Source: Myxococcota bacterium
GTDB lineage: Bacteria; Myxococcota_A; UBA9160; JAFDDA01
DNA length: 64,000 nucleotides
NCBI GenBank assembly: GCA_965228475.1
Contig: OZ245817.1
Location: 3,104,001 to 3,168,000 of the forward strand
Direction: 5' to 3'
Shown: positions 38,073-46,986 of the stretch, piece after piece
How positions within the stretch are numbered: the stretch's first letter is position 1
Layout: the number at the start of each line of letters is the position of its first letter
The notes under the pieces: generated by a model
Seen by the model: the letters and a program-made list of their open reading frames with translations, nothing else
Told to the model about the DNA's origin: nothing
Database searches by the model: none
Made by a program: the position numbers and the translations under genes

Positions 38073-39241
38073 GCCGGGCCCTCCTCGCCCCGGTTCGCCT
38101 GGACCGGCGCCTTGCGCTTCACCCCTTCGCCGTCGCGTAGCTCACGGACGCCGGTGATCGCGATCTCTTCCCCGGCGGTCAGGCCCTCGACGACCTCGAA
38201 CGCCTCCGGATGGAACGCGACGGCCCGCGCGACGACCCGGCGCTGCTTCGCGACGAGCCCGGCCGCCCCTTCCTCGACGACCCAGACGAAGCGCAGGCCG
38301 AACTCCTCGAGCGTCGCTTCCCGGGGCACCAGCGTGCGCGCGACGGGCGCCCCGAGTGCGACCTCGACCTCACCCACCATTCCCGGCAGCAGACGACCCG
38401 ATGCATTGTCGACCTCGATCTCCACCGGGAAACGCCGCGTCTCGGGGTCCGCGGAGGAGCCGACCCGCAGGACGGTGCCCGCGAAGACCTCGTCGTCGAA
38501 GGCCTCCACGCGGAGCGAGACGGCCTGGCCCGGCGCGAGAACGACGATCTCCCGGTCGGCGACGCCGATCTTCATGCGCGCCGTCGCGAGATCGACCAGC
38601 TCGGCCAGGACCTGGCCCTCGCGGACGTACTCGCCGGCCTCCACGGGGAGGCTCCGCAGCTCGCCGGCGAAGGGCGCGCGCACGGTCTTGTTGTCGAGGT
38701 CCTCGCGCGCGCGCCGGACCATCGCCCGGGCTTCCCGGACGGAGGCCGCGGCGACGCGCTCGCGATTCTCCGCGTCGTCGAGCACGGAGTCCGAGAGGAC
38801 GTTGCGGGCGGCGAGCTCGCTGCGCCGCTCGAGGTTCGACGTGGCGAGAGCCAGCTCGCTCTCGGCCCGGGCCAACGTTGCCCGCGCGCGCTCGAGCTCG
38901 ACGCGGGCGAGCACGGGGTCGATCGCGACCAGGGCCGCCCCGGACTCGACGCGGTCGAGCTCCTCGGCGCCGAGCGAAAGCACCGGCCCGTTCGTCTCGG
39001 CGAAGAGCTTCACGGTCCGCCGCGCCTCGAGCACGCCCGAGAATACGGCCCGGGCCTGCACCTCGCGTTCGACCACGCGCTGGGTCGCGACCTCGCGCAG
39101 GGCCGCATCGGTCGCGACCTCCGTGGTCCGCTCCTGCTCGGGCGCCGCCGCAAACAGCAGCATCCCGGCCGCGAACAGGCCACCTCCGACGACGAGCAGG
39201 ATCAGGCGAACGCCCCAACGGGAACGGGACGGTTCGGTCAT
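38069..39241 (-). CDS. RND periplasmic adaptor (MFP)
   Basis: N-terminal TM helix, alpha-hairpin, 'VRAPFAG', 'ADPETRRFPV' and 'LLPGM'. Confidence 0.93.
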   Translation of the reverse strand: MTEPSRSRWGVRLILLVVGGGLFAAGMLLFAAAPEQERTTEVATDAALREVATQRVVEREVQARAVFSGVLEARRTVKLFAETNGPVLSLGAEELDRVESGAALVAIDPVLARVELERARATLARAESELALATSNLERRSELAARNVLSDSVLDDAENRERVAAASVREARAMVRRAREDLDNKTVRAPFAGELRSLPVEAGEYVREGQVLAELVDLATARMKIGVADREIVVLAPGQAVSLRVEAFDDEVFAGTVLRVGSSADPETRRFPVEIEVDNASGRLLPGMVGEVEVALGAPVARTLVPREATLEEFGLRFVWVVEEGAAGLVAKQRRVVARAVAFHPEAFEVVEGLTAGEEIAITGVRELRDGEGVKRKAPVQANRGEEGPA

Positions 39242-39918
39242 TGCGGGTCTCCTTGCTCGCGGGCGGCCGGGAGGACGCTTCCCCGGACCAGCCCTTCGAG
39301 GGCGTGCTTCAGCGTCTGGCGGAGCGATTCGGCGTGGGCGCGCTCGGCGTCGAACACCGAGCGGTAGACGTAGCCGTCGTAGAGCGCGACGAGGCCCTGG
39401 GCGACGGCCTCGGGCTCGAAACCCCTGCGGAAGACGCCCTTCTCCTGCCCCGCCCGCAGGGTGGCCACGAGCTCGGCGTCGATGCGCGCGTAGCGCTCGC
39501 GCAGGTCCGCGAAGAGGCGCTCCTGGCTCGGACCGCCGCGTGCGACCACCGCCCAGACCTGGAGGTTCACCATCATCCCCGCGGTGACGTCCTCGAAGCT
39601 CTCGACCAGCCCTCGGATCCAGCCGTGGAGGCGCCCCTCGGGGTCGTCGGGCGAGCCGACGTAGAGATCCGTCCGCCGCTCCGCCTCGTCGTAGGCCTGC
39701 AGGACGGTTGCGAGGAAGAGGTCTTCCTTGCTCTCGAAGAAGTTGTAGAGCGTGCCCTTGGAGACCCGGGCCTCGGCGGCAACCGCTTCCATCGTCGCCG
39801 CCTCGTACCCCATCCGGGCGCAGACGGTCCGGGCGGCCACGAGGATTCGGGCTTGCTTGTCATCTGCCGATCCCCGGGTGGAGGCCGGCTTCGCCCGGGT
39901 GGGCGTCGAGATGGACAC
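39238..39918 (-). CDS. TetR/AcrR family regulator
   Basis: 'GYEAATMEAVAAEARVSKGTLYNFFESKEDL'. Confidence 0.95.
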   Translation of the reverse strand: MSISTPTRAKPASTRGSADDKQARILVAARTVCARMGYEAATMEAVAAEARVSKGTLYNFFESKEDLFLATVLQAYDEAERRTDLYVGSPDDPEGRLHGWIRGLVESFEDVTAGMMVNLQVWAVVARGGPSQERLFADLRERYARIDAELVATLRAGQEKGVFRRGFEPEAVAQGLVALYDGYVYRSVFDAERAHAESLRQTLKHALEGLVRGSVLPAAREQGDPQ

Positions 39919-39941
39919 GGCGATCTCCTGGGCGCAGGAGA

Positions 39942-39999
39942 GTACTGACTAGTCAGTACCGCTAGTCCACGACCTTAGCGCGGAAGCGCCCCGGGTCAA
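39942..39999 (-). promoter_or_regulatory. TetR operator and promoter of the RND operon
   Basis: Perfect 18-bp palindrome GTACTGACTAGTCAGTAC (39942-39959), just downstream of minus-strand TTGACC-N16-TAAGGT. Confidence 0.8.
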
Positions 40000-40452
40000 G
40001 CGCGCGCGTCACCCGGGGCCCCCTGGGCGGCACTCCCCAGGCTGGGCGCAACCAAGGCCGAGCCAGAAACCCGTTGGGCCCGACCCAGCGGGGACCGATA
40101 GAACCGTAGGCTTTTAGCACCGGTTTCTGCCGACTGACGACCTCGGCGACCCGCGGGCGACCCGCAGAAAGGGCTACAAAATTCTGGCACTTCCGAGGAG
40201 AATGGCTCATTATCGTGGGCTACTCAGCGCCCACACGATAGGCAGACCCGCCGCGGCGAGACTGACCGGAAAACTTGCACATCCCGCCCAGCCCAACGGA
40301 CGCTCCCATTGCGCGTACCACACCCAGGGGCCTCGGATGCAGGGAAGCAAGCTTCGTGATGCTGCGGTTGGAACGTCTATGAAACCGAAGACCCCCGGGC
40401 GGTATCCGAACTCGGTATCGGGAGTGCACCGTGGGGTTGGAGAGGGAATTTC

Positions 40453-41829
40453 GTGAAGCTCGAGGAACGCCAAACCATGAGTGGTGGTGAAGGAACCGTG
40501 CGTCGATCCAGTGCAGCCGTGCCGGCTTCGGCGGCGGAGGACCTGGATCCCGGCCGCGAGCGGCGGCCGCTCGAATCGTATTTCCAGGAGATCGGCGGAA
40601 CCCGCACGCTCAAGCGTGAGGAAGAAGTCATCCTGGCCAAGGAGCTCGAGGCCGCGACGGCCCAGCTGCGGGACGCGCTCTACGCGATCCCCGTCTGCGC
40701 CAAGCACGTCGTCGAGCGCTGGGACCAGCTGCGCGCGCTCTCCCACACCGGCGCCAAGCTCTCGGAGTCGGCCGGCGACGAGGAGACGGGCGAGATCGCG
40801 GCCCGCGTGGAGCGCGCCGTGAAGCGGCTGCGCAGCCAGCTCGCCGAGCGCGAGCGTCTCCAGAAGCGCGGCGGCACCGTCTCCGTGCAGAAGGTCGACG
40901 TGCGCATCGCGCGCGAGATGCACAACGCCCAGCTCTCGCTGGCCGTGCTCTCGGAGCTGCGCGAGCGCGTCGTGAAGCTCGAGATCGACATCCGCAAGAT
41001 GCGCCGCGGCACGAAGAAGCTCGAGGGGCTCGAGGCCGAGGCCGGCGTCGACAAGGAGCGGATGATCGAGCTCACGGACGGCGTGCTCGATGCCCACGAC
41101 CGCATGACCCGGGTGAAGAACGAGTTCATCGAGCACAACCTGAAGCTCGTGGTCGCCATCGCCAAGGACTACCGGAACCTCGGCCTCTCCTTCCCGGACC
41201 TGATCCAGGAAGGCAACCTGGGCCTGATCCGCGCGGTCGAGAAGTTCGACCACCGGCGCGGGTTCAAGTTCTCGACCTACGCGGTCTGGTGGATCCGCCA
41301 GGCGCTCGTGCGGGCGATCCAGAACCACTCGCGGACGATCCGCCTGCCCTCCCACGTCCACGACCGGCTGCAGCGCAGCCAGCGCGTGCGTGCGGAGCTG
41401 ACGGGCAAGCTCGGCCGGGAGCCCACGGCGCAGGAGCTCGCTCCCGCCCTCGGCACGGACTCGGACTCCCTCGAGGCCCTCGACCGGCTCTCCCGCGAGG
41501 CCATCTCGCTCGAGTCGACGGTCGCCGGCACCGAGAAGCGGCTCGAGGACTTCGTGGCCGATGCGGGCTCGAGCCGGCCGGACGGCGGCATCGACGGCGA
41601 TCGCATGCGGACGGGCGTCGGCGCCCTGGTCGGCTGCCTCTCGCCGCGCGAGCAGCTGATCCTGCGCATGCGCTACGGCCTCTCGGGCGAAGAGGAGCAC
41701 ACGCTCGAGCAGATCGGGCAGTCGCTCGGCCTCTCGCGCGAACGCGTGCGGCAGCTCGAGGCCCGGGCCCTGAAGAAGCTGCGGGAAGCCGCACCGGCCC
41801 AGCGCCTGCACCCGATCCTCAAGCCCTAG
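40453..41829 (+). CDS. RpoD/RpoS-family alternative sigma factor (no region 1.1)
   Basis: Region 1.2 'LESYFQEIG', '[18 protein letters not shown]', '[11 protein letters not shown]' and 'SRERVRQLE'. Alternative start ATG 40477. Confidence 0.93.
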   Translation: MKLEERQTMSGGEGTVRRSSAAVPASAAEDLDPGRERRPLESYFQEIGGTRTLKREEEVILAKELEAATAQLRDALYAIPVCAKHVVERWDQLRALSHTGAKLSESAGDEETGEIAARVERAVKRLRSQLAERERLQKRGGTVSVQKVDVRIAREMHNAQLSLAVLSELRERVVKLEIDIRKMRRGTKKLEGLEAEAGVDKERMIELTDGVLDAHDRMTRVKNEFIEHNLKLVVAIAKDYRNLGLSFPDLIQEGNLGLIRAVEKFDHRRGFKFSTYAVWWIRQALVRAIQNHSRTIRLPSHVHDRLQRSQRVRAELTGKLGREPTAQELAPALGTDSDSLEALDRLSREAISLESTVAGTEKRLEDFVADAGSSRPDGGIDGDRMRTGVGALVGCLSPREQLILRMRYGLSGEEEHTLEQIGQSLGLSRERVRQLEARALKKLREAAPAQRLHPILKP

Positions 41830-41857
41830 GGCCCGAATCGACGGGACCGAAGGCAAG

Positions 41858-41901
41858 AACGAAAACGCCCCCGAGCGACTCCGCTCGGGGGCGTTTTCGT
41901 T
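41858..41901. terminator. Bidirectional intrinsic terminator
   Basis: AACGAAAACGCCCCCGAGCG-ACTC-CGCTCGGGGGCGTTTTCGTT between convergent genes. Confidence 0.9.
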
Positions 41902-41913
41902 TCGGGGCTGGCG

Positions 41914-42702
41914 CTAGACCGCGGCCTGCTGAAGTGCGAACCGGTCGTCCCCGCCGAGCTCCTCGGGAAGCTCCCGGGAGTGCGGACGCGTGAGGTCGAG
42001 GTCGTAGGTGATGCCGGCGCCGTAGCGCTCCGGCGCGTGCGGGTCACGCCGCAGGTGATCGAAGACGAGCAGCCGCGTCCCGAGCTTGAAGCCCTCGGAC
42101 AGGTCGTGGGTCACCATGAAGATCGTCATGCCGGACTCCTCGAAGAGCCGGAGGACGAGGTCGTGGATGGCATCCTTCGTGCCCGGGTCGAGGGCCCCGA
42201 ACGCCTCGTCGAGCAGCAGGACCTTGGGCTCGCGGATCAACGCCTGGGCGATGGAGAGCCGCTGCCGCATCCCGCCGGACAGGGAGTGGGGATGGGTCGC
42301 GCGCTCGCTCGCCAGCCCGACGCCCTCGAGGTACCGCTCGGCCTTCTCGATGGCCGCGCGCCGCGCGCTCCCGAACATGCGCCCGAGGAGCGGGGAAGCC
42401 TCGAACTCGAGGCCGAGCAGCACGTTCTCGAGCACCGTGAGGTGCGGGAAGACCGAGTAGCGCTGGAAGACCACGCCGCGGTCCGGCCCGGGCTCCTTCG
42501 CGAGCGGGCTGCCGTCGATCAGGATCTCCCCGCGAGTGGGCGTCTCCTGCGCCAGGAGCAGGCGGAGGAAGGTCGACTTCCCGCAGCCCGAGGGCCCGGC
42601 GACGGCGCAGAAGGTGTGCGGCGCGACCTCGAGGTCGATGTTCTCGAGGACGACCTTCTCGCCGTACTCGTGCCACAGGCCGCGAACGGAGATGGTGCTC
42701 AT
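41914..42702 (-). CDS. ABC transporter ATP-binding subunit (guanidine/urea carboxylase-associated)
   Basis: Walker A 'GPSGCGKST', 'LSGGMRQR', 'LLLDEAFGALD' and 'MVTHD'. Confidence 0.93.
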   Translation of the reverse strand: MSTISVRGLWHEYGEKVVLENIDLEVAPHTFCAVAGPSGCGKSTFLRLLLAQETPTRGEILIDGSPLAKEPGPDRGVVFQRYSVFPHLTVLENVLLGLEFEASPLLGRMFGSARRAAIEKAERYLEGVGLASERATHPHSLSGGMRQRLSIAQALIREPKVLLLDEAFGALDPGTKDAIHDLVLRLFEESGMTIFMVTHDLSEGFKLGTRLLVFDHLRRDPHAPERYGAGITYDLDLTRPHSRELPEELGGDDRFALQQAAV

Positions 42703-43508
42703 GCGGCTTCTGCCTCCAGCCATCCGTATCGCCACCGGCGAAGCGCGCGGAGGCCGAAGTCGAGCAGGAACGCCAGGAGCGTGATCCACAGCACGTAGGG
42801 AAGGATCACGTTCATCGCGAGGTAGCGGCGCACCAGGAAGATCCGATAGCCGAGCCCGCTCGTGGCGGAGATGGCCTCCGCCGAGATCAAGAAGAGCCAG
42901 GCCGGCCCGAGCGAGAGCCGGAGCGAATCGATCAGGCGCGGCAGGGTCTGGGGCAGGATCACGCGAAACGCGAGCTGGGCGCTCGACGCTCCGAGCGTCT
43001 GCGCCTTGATCCACTGCTCTTCGGGGATCTCGGCCACGCGCTGGGAGAGATCGCGGATCATGAACGGCAGCACGCCGATCACGATCAGGGCGACCTTCGC
43101 GACCTCCCCCACCCCGAGCAGGATGAAGAGGATCGGCAGGATCGCGAGGGCCGGGATCATCGAGAGGACGGTGACGAGCGGCTCGAGACCCGCGCGCACC
43201 CAGGGCAGCATCCCGATCCCGAGCGCGAAGACGAGGGCGACCGGCGTCGCGATGCCGAGGCCGAGCGCCATGCGCTTGAGACTCTCCGCCGTGTCGAGCC
43301 AGAACAGCCGGCTTCCGGTGCGCGTGTCTTCCTCGAAGGCCATCTCGTGCCACGTCTCACCCACGCGGGCCGGGCTCGGCATCAGCTTGTCGTCGGGGTT
43401 CTCGGCGAGGCGGACCTGCGAACCGACGAGGTAGGCCAGGAGCAGGAGCAGGAACGGCACCGCCGCGATCCACCCCCCGTTGCGGGGTCTTCGATTGATC
43501 CAACGCAC
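42699..43508 (-). CDS. ABC transporter permease (guanidine/urea carboxylase-associated)
   Basis: 'RLAENPDDKLMP', 'KAQTLGAS' and 'GLGYRIFLVRRYLAM'. GTG start. Confidence 0.92.
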   Translation of the reverse strand: MRWINRRPRNGGWIAAVPFLLLLLAYLVGSQVRLAENPDDKLMPSPARVGETWHEMAFEEDTRTGSRLFWLDTAESLKRMALGLGIATPVALVFALGIGMLPWVRAGLEPLVTVLSMIPALAILPILFILLGVGEVAKVALIVIGVLPFMIRDLSQRVAEIPEEQWIKAQTLGASSAQLAFRVILPQTLPRLIDSLRLSLGPAWLFLISAEAISATSGLGYRIFLVRRYLAMNVILPYVLWITLLAFLLDFGLRALRRWRYGWLEAEAA

Positions 43509-43520
43509 GCCTGCTGCAAA

Positions 43521-43537
43521 AGCAAGCACGGTGCCAA
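43521..43537 (-). promoter_or_regulatory. Sigma54 promoter for the permease/ATPase
   Basis: Minus strand TTGGCACCGTGCTTGCT, a canonical -24/-12 element. Confidence 0.85.
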
Positions 43538-43574
43538 CGCGGATGGGCTGCTTCGCGCCGCCTTCCGCCACTCG

Positions 43575-43636
43575 AAGCCCACGCGTGTGCATGCACTGCT
43601 CCCGCGTTGTGCACGGGCGTGACACTTCGGTGTGCA
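43575..43636. promoter_or_regulatory. NtrC-like upstream activator boxes
   Basis: TGCTC-N7-GTGCA (43597-43613), with TGTGCA half-sites at 43586, 43608 and 43631 (22-23 bp apart). Confidence 0.6.
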
Positions 43637-43709
43637 TCGGTCGGACCCGTTTCGGAACACATGGGCTTTCGATGACCCCGAACCGAACCGCCCGGCCCGC
43701 GATCCGCAC

Positions 43710-43725
43710 TGGCACGAGAGTTGCG
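43710..43725 (+). promoter_or_regulatory. Sigma54 promoter for the porin/binding-protein/catabolic operon
   Basis: TGGCACGAGAGTTGCG, a canonical -24/-12 element. Confidence 0.85.
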
Positions 43726-43835
43726 ATGGGCCCGTCGCAGATGAACTGCATGTCGCCCCAGTCGGATCGCACGTGGGAATCGTTCCGATCTCTCCTCACG
43801 CCGGCTGGGGCGACCGAACCCTTCAAGGAGAAGAA

Positions 43836-44561
43836 ATGACTGTTCGACGAGTGCTCTTGCTGCTTTGCGCAGTGACTTTGAGCGTGCCCGCAGCCGCCGA
43901 AGAGGAGCCCGCCCCCGACGATTGGTTTCCGGGAGAGTTCTCCGGGAACGTGACCCTCATCAGCGACTACGTCTTCCGCGGCGTCTCGCAGACCCGCGAA
44001 TCCTTCGCTCTCCAGGCCGGAATCGACTGGAACCACGACAGCGGCCTGTACGCCGGCGTCTGGGGTTCGAGCATCTCCTTCGGTGGAGACGACTCCTTCC
44101 TCGAGCAGGACGTGTACATCGGATACGCGAACAACATCGGGGACTTCTCCTACGACGTGTCGGCGATCTTCTTCTACTACCCGAAGGAGAACGACTTCAA
44201 CTACTGGGAGTTCGCGGTCAACACCGGCTACGACCTCGACTTCGCCCAGCTGAGCTTCGGCTTCCTGTGGTCGCCGGACTACTTCGGCACGCTCGACTCC
44301 GGCTGGTACGTCTCGACCGGCCTGAGCGTTCCGATCCCGGTCGAGATTCCGTACGGCTTCGACCTCGGGCTCGACTTCACCTTCGGCTACACGGCGACGG
44401 ACGAGGACATCTTCGACGACGATGACTACCTCGACTGGAGCGTGGGTCTCGTGGTGGGTCTGCCCAAGGGCTTCTCCCTCGACCTCCGGTACCACGACAC
44501 CAGCGAGAACCTGGACATCGCGGACGCTCGATTCGTCGGCGGCCTGACGTTCAGCTTCTAG
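43836..44561 (+). CDS. TorF-family (TIGR02001-like) putative outer-membrane porin
   Basis: Signal peptide, 'SGNVTLISDYVFRGVSQT', 'GLYAGVWGS', 'DLRYHDT' and terminal Phe. AAGGAG SD. Confidence 0.88.
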   Translation: MTVRRVLLLLCAVTLSVPAAAEEEPAPDDWFPGEFSGNVTLISDYVFRGVSQTRESFALQAGIDWNHDSGLYAGVWGSSISFGGDDSFLEQDVYIGYANNIGDFSYDVSAIFFYYPKENDFNYWEFAVNTGYDLDFAQLSFGFLWSPDYFGTLDSGWYVSTGLSVPIPVEIPYGFDLGLDFTFGYTATDEDIFDDDDYLDWSVGLVVGLPKGFSLDLRYHDTSENLDIADARFVGGLTFSF

Positions 44562-44577
44562 GAAGCCGGGGAACCCA

Positions 44578-45648
44578 ATGACGAAGCGTCTCTTCGCCTC
44601 GATCGCCTTCGGCCTGTGCGTGGCGATCCTCACCGCGAGCCCGTCCGCGACGGCCGAGTCCAAGGACTCGTTCAAGATCGCCTGGTCGATCTACGTGGGC
44701 TGGATGCCCTGGGGGTACATGGAGGACTCCGGGATCATCGACCGGTGGGCGGACAAGTACGACATCGACATCGAGATCGTCCAGATCAACGACTACATCG
44801 AATCCATCAACCTCTTCACCGCGGGGGAGTTCGACGGGTGCTCCATGACCAACATGGACGCCCTGACGATTCCCGCCGCGGGAAGCGTGGACTCGACGGC
44901 GCTGATCGTGGGCGACTTCTCGAACGGCAACGACGGCGTCGTGCTCAAGGGCACGAAGGATCTCGCGGCAGTGAAGGGACGGAAGGTCCACCTCGTGGAG
45001 CTCTCGGTCTCGCACTACCTGCTGGCCCGAGCGCTCGACTCCGTGGGGCTCGCGGAGAAGGACGTCACCGTCGTGAACATCTCCGACGCGGACATCGTGG
45101 CGGCCTTCGCCACGAAGGACGTGACGGCGGGCACCCTGTGGAACCCCCAGCTCTCGGAAGTCACCCGGATGCCGGGGAACCACAAGGTCTTCGACTCGAG
45201 CCAGATCCCCGGCGAGATCATCGACATGATGGTCGTGAAGACCGAGACCCTGAAGGCCAACCCGAAGCTCGGGAAGGCGCTGGTCGGGGCCTGGTACGAG
45301 ACCATGAAGCTGCTCGCCGACCCGGGCGAGGCCGGCCAGAAGGCGCGGACGGCCATGGCCAAGGCCGCAGGCACGGACCTCGCGGGCTACGAGGCCCAGC
45401 TGGCCACGACGCAGATGTTCTTCGAACCGGCCGCAGCGGTGGACTTCGTGAAGAGCGAAGCCCTCCCGAAGACCATGGACCACGTCCGGCAGTTCTCCTT
45501 CTCGCACGGCCTGCTCGGCCCGGGCGCGAAGTCGCCGGACGCCATCGGCATCGCCTTCCCGGGCGGAAAGGTCCTGGGAGACGAGACCAAGGTGAAGCTC
45601 CGCTTCGACGCCGCCTACCAGGGGATGGCTGCAGCCGGAGGGCTCTAG
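44578..45648 (+). CDS. ABC substrate-binding protein, urea-carboxylase-region family (probably guanidine-binding)
   Basis: 'WSIYVGWMPW', 'NDYIESIN', 'TNMDAL', 'GDFSNGNDG', 'LVELSVSHYLL' and 'IPGEIID'. Confidence 0.92.
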   Translation: MTKRLFASIAFGLCVAILTASPSATAESKDSFKIAWSIYVGWMPWGYMEDSGIIDRWADKYDIDIEIVQINDYIESINLFTAGEFDGCSMTNMDALTIPAAGSVDSTALIVGDFSNGNDGVVLKGTKDLAAVKGRKVHLVELSVSHYLLARALDSVGLAEKDVTVVNISDADIVAAFATKDVTAGTLWNPQLSEVTRMPGNHKVFDSSQIPGEIIDMMVVKTETLKANPKLGKALVGAWYETMKLLADPGEAGQKARTAMAKAAGTDLAGYEAQLATTQMFFEPAAAVDFVKSEALPKTMDHVRQFSFSHGLLGPGAKSPDAIGIAFPGGKVLGDETKVKLRFDAAYQGMAAAGGL

Positions 45649-45652
45649 GCAC

Positions 45653-45686
45653 GAACGGGGAGCGCCCTCGGCTCCCCGTTCTCTTT
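45653..45686 (+). terminator. Intra-operon hairpin/weak terminator after the binding-protein gene
   Basis: GAACGGGGAGC-N7-GCTCCCCGTTC followed by TCTTT. Confidence 0.7.
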
Positions 45687-45712
45687 GACCCGCAGGAGTG
45701 TTACGAACCCCC

Positions 45713-46195
45713 GTGAACGTCATCGGCCTGTCCAAGCGCGAGAACGTCGTCCGCTTCAGCGTGTCGCTGCCGCGGGCACTGGCCTCCCAGCTCGACGCCA
45801 TGGTCGAGGACCGCCAGCTCCCGAGCCGATCCCGCGCCGTGGCCGAGATGGTGCGCCGCCAGCTCGCACGCCACCGCCTGGCCCTCGGAACCGACGTCGT
45901 GGCGGGCACCATCACCCTCGTCTACGGCGGCGATCGGGCCAGCCTCCGCGGCGAGCTCTTCCGCATCCAGCGTCGCTACCTCCGCGAGACGCTCACCTCG
46001 CAACACGCCTTCCTCGAGGGCAGCCACAGCCTCGAAGTGCTGCTCGTGCAGGGTCCGGGCAGCCGCCTGCAGTCCCTGTGCGACGAACTGCTCGCCTGCC
46101 GCGGTGTGGAGCAGGCCGAGCTGACGGTCACCAGCGCACTCTTGCCCCCGCTCCATCCCGTCGGAGCTTCGACCGAGGAGGACGCCTCTCGATGA
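45713..46195 (+). CDS. NikR-fold (ribbon-helix-helix plus ACT-like) transcriptional regulator
   Basis: 'VVRFSVSLP', 'SRSRAVAEMVR', 'GTITLVY' and 'SLEVLLVQG'. Start uncertain (GTG 45698 or 45713). Confidence 0.85.
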   Translation: MNVIGLSKRENVVRFSVSLPRALASQLDAMVEDRQLPSRSRAVAEMVRRQLARHRLALGTDVVAGTITLVYGGDRASLRGELFRIQRRYLRETLTSQHAFLEGSHSLEVLLVQGPGSRLQSLCDELLACRGVEQAELTVTSALLPPLHPVGASTEEDASR

Positions 46196-46986
46196 GCGAC
46201 ACCGCGACCCCGGAATCCGCGCGCGCGCACGCGCGGGCCCAGGCCGACTCCGAAGCCGCCCGCGTCGCCGCCCGCCCCACCCTGCCCGCCCGCGAGTTCG
46301 CCGACGTTCCTCCGGGCGTGCCGCGCGAGGCGCTTTTCTGGGCCGAGACGCTCGGACCCGGCGGCTACGCATCGCGCCGCCTCCCTCGCGGCTCGCGGCT
46401 GCGGATCGACGACCTCGAGGGCGAGGCCTCGGCCGGGCTGATGCTCTACAACGCGGCGGAGACCTGGGAGCGGTTGAACGTCGCGGACACGGTGAAGGTC
46501 CAGTGGCAGGCCTACCTCGGCGAAGGCTCCCTGCTGCTCTCGGACATGGGGCGCGTGCTCGCGAGCCTCCTCGAGGACGAATCCCGCGGTCACGACACGA
46601 TCTGTGGGGTCTCGGCCGGAAGCCCGAAGGGCCGCGATCGTTTCACCCTCGCGCTGGCGAAGCACGGCCTCACCAAGCGCGACCTGCCCATCAACCTGAA
46701 CCTGTTCAAGCCCGTGCGCGTCGGCCCCGAGGGCGGACTCACGCTCGACGTCGCCGAGGCTTCCCCCGGCCACGTCACGCTGCGGGCGGAGATGGACGTC
46801 CTGGCCGTCGTCGTGAACGTCGCCCACGTGCTGGACGATCGGGTGGGCCCGCCCCTCACCCCCCTGCGCCTGCTGGCCTGGCACGGTGAGGTCGCTCCCC
46901 TCGAAGACGCGATACGCAACGCGACTCCCGAACGGCGCCGCGCCTTCGAGAACGTCGAGGCCTACTACGGGGAGGTCGATCGATGA
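46192..46986 (+). CDS. cgdA: Carboxyguanidine deiminase subunit A (UAAP1/DUF1989)
   Basis: 'ERLNVADTVKVQWQAYL', 'LLSDMGRVLAS', 'HDTICG' and 'NLNLFK'. Confidence 0.88.
   Translation: MSDTATPESARAHARAQADSEAARVAARPTLPAREFADVPPGVPREALFWAETLGPGGYASRRLPRGSRLRIDDLEGEASAGLMLYNAAETWERLNVADTVKVQWQAYLGEGSLLLSDMGRVLASLLEDESRGHDTICGVSAGSPKGRDRFTLALAKHGLTKRDLPINLNLFKPVRVGPEGGLTLDVAEASPGHVTLRAEMDVLAVVVNVAHVLDDRVGPPLTPLRLLAWHGEVAPLEDAIRNATPERRRAFENVEAYYGEVDR

Noticed and set aside
34803..39918. RND operons lacking an outer-membrane factor (also 55525-59902)
   Set aside because: This is common; TolC-type channels are often encoded elsewhere.
40185..40200. TGGCAC upstream of the sigma factor gene as a sigma54 promoter
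   Set aside because: There is no TTGC/GC at the -12 position (it reads TGGCAC-TTCCG-AGGAG).
43509..46191. Known guanidine-I/II/III/IV riboswitch or ANTAR hairpin pair
   Set aside because: By eye there is no ykkC core or 3' tail, no twin ACGR-loop hairpins, no ykkC-III pattern and no pair of A-x-x-G hexaloops. An Infernal search is still needed to be sure.
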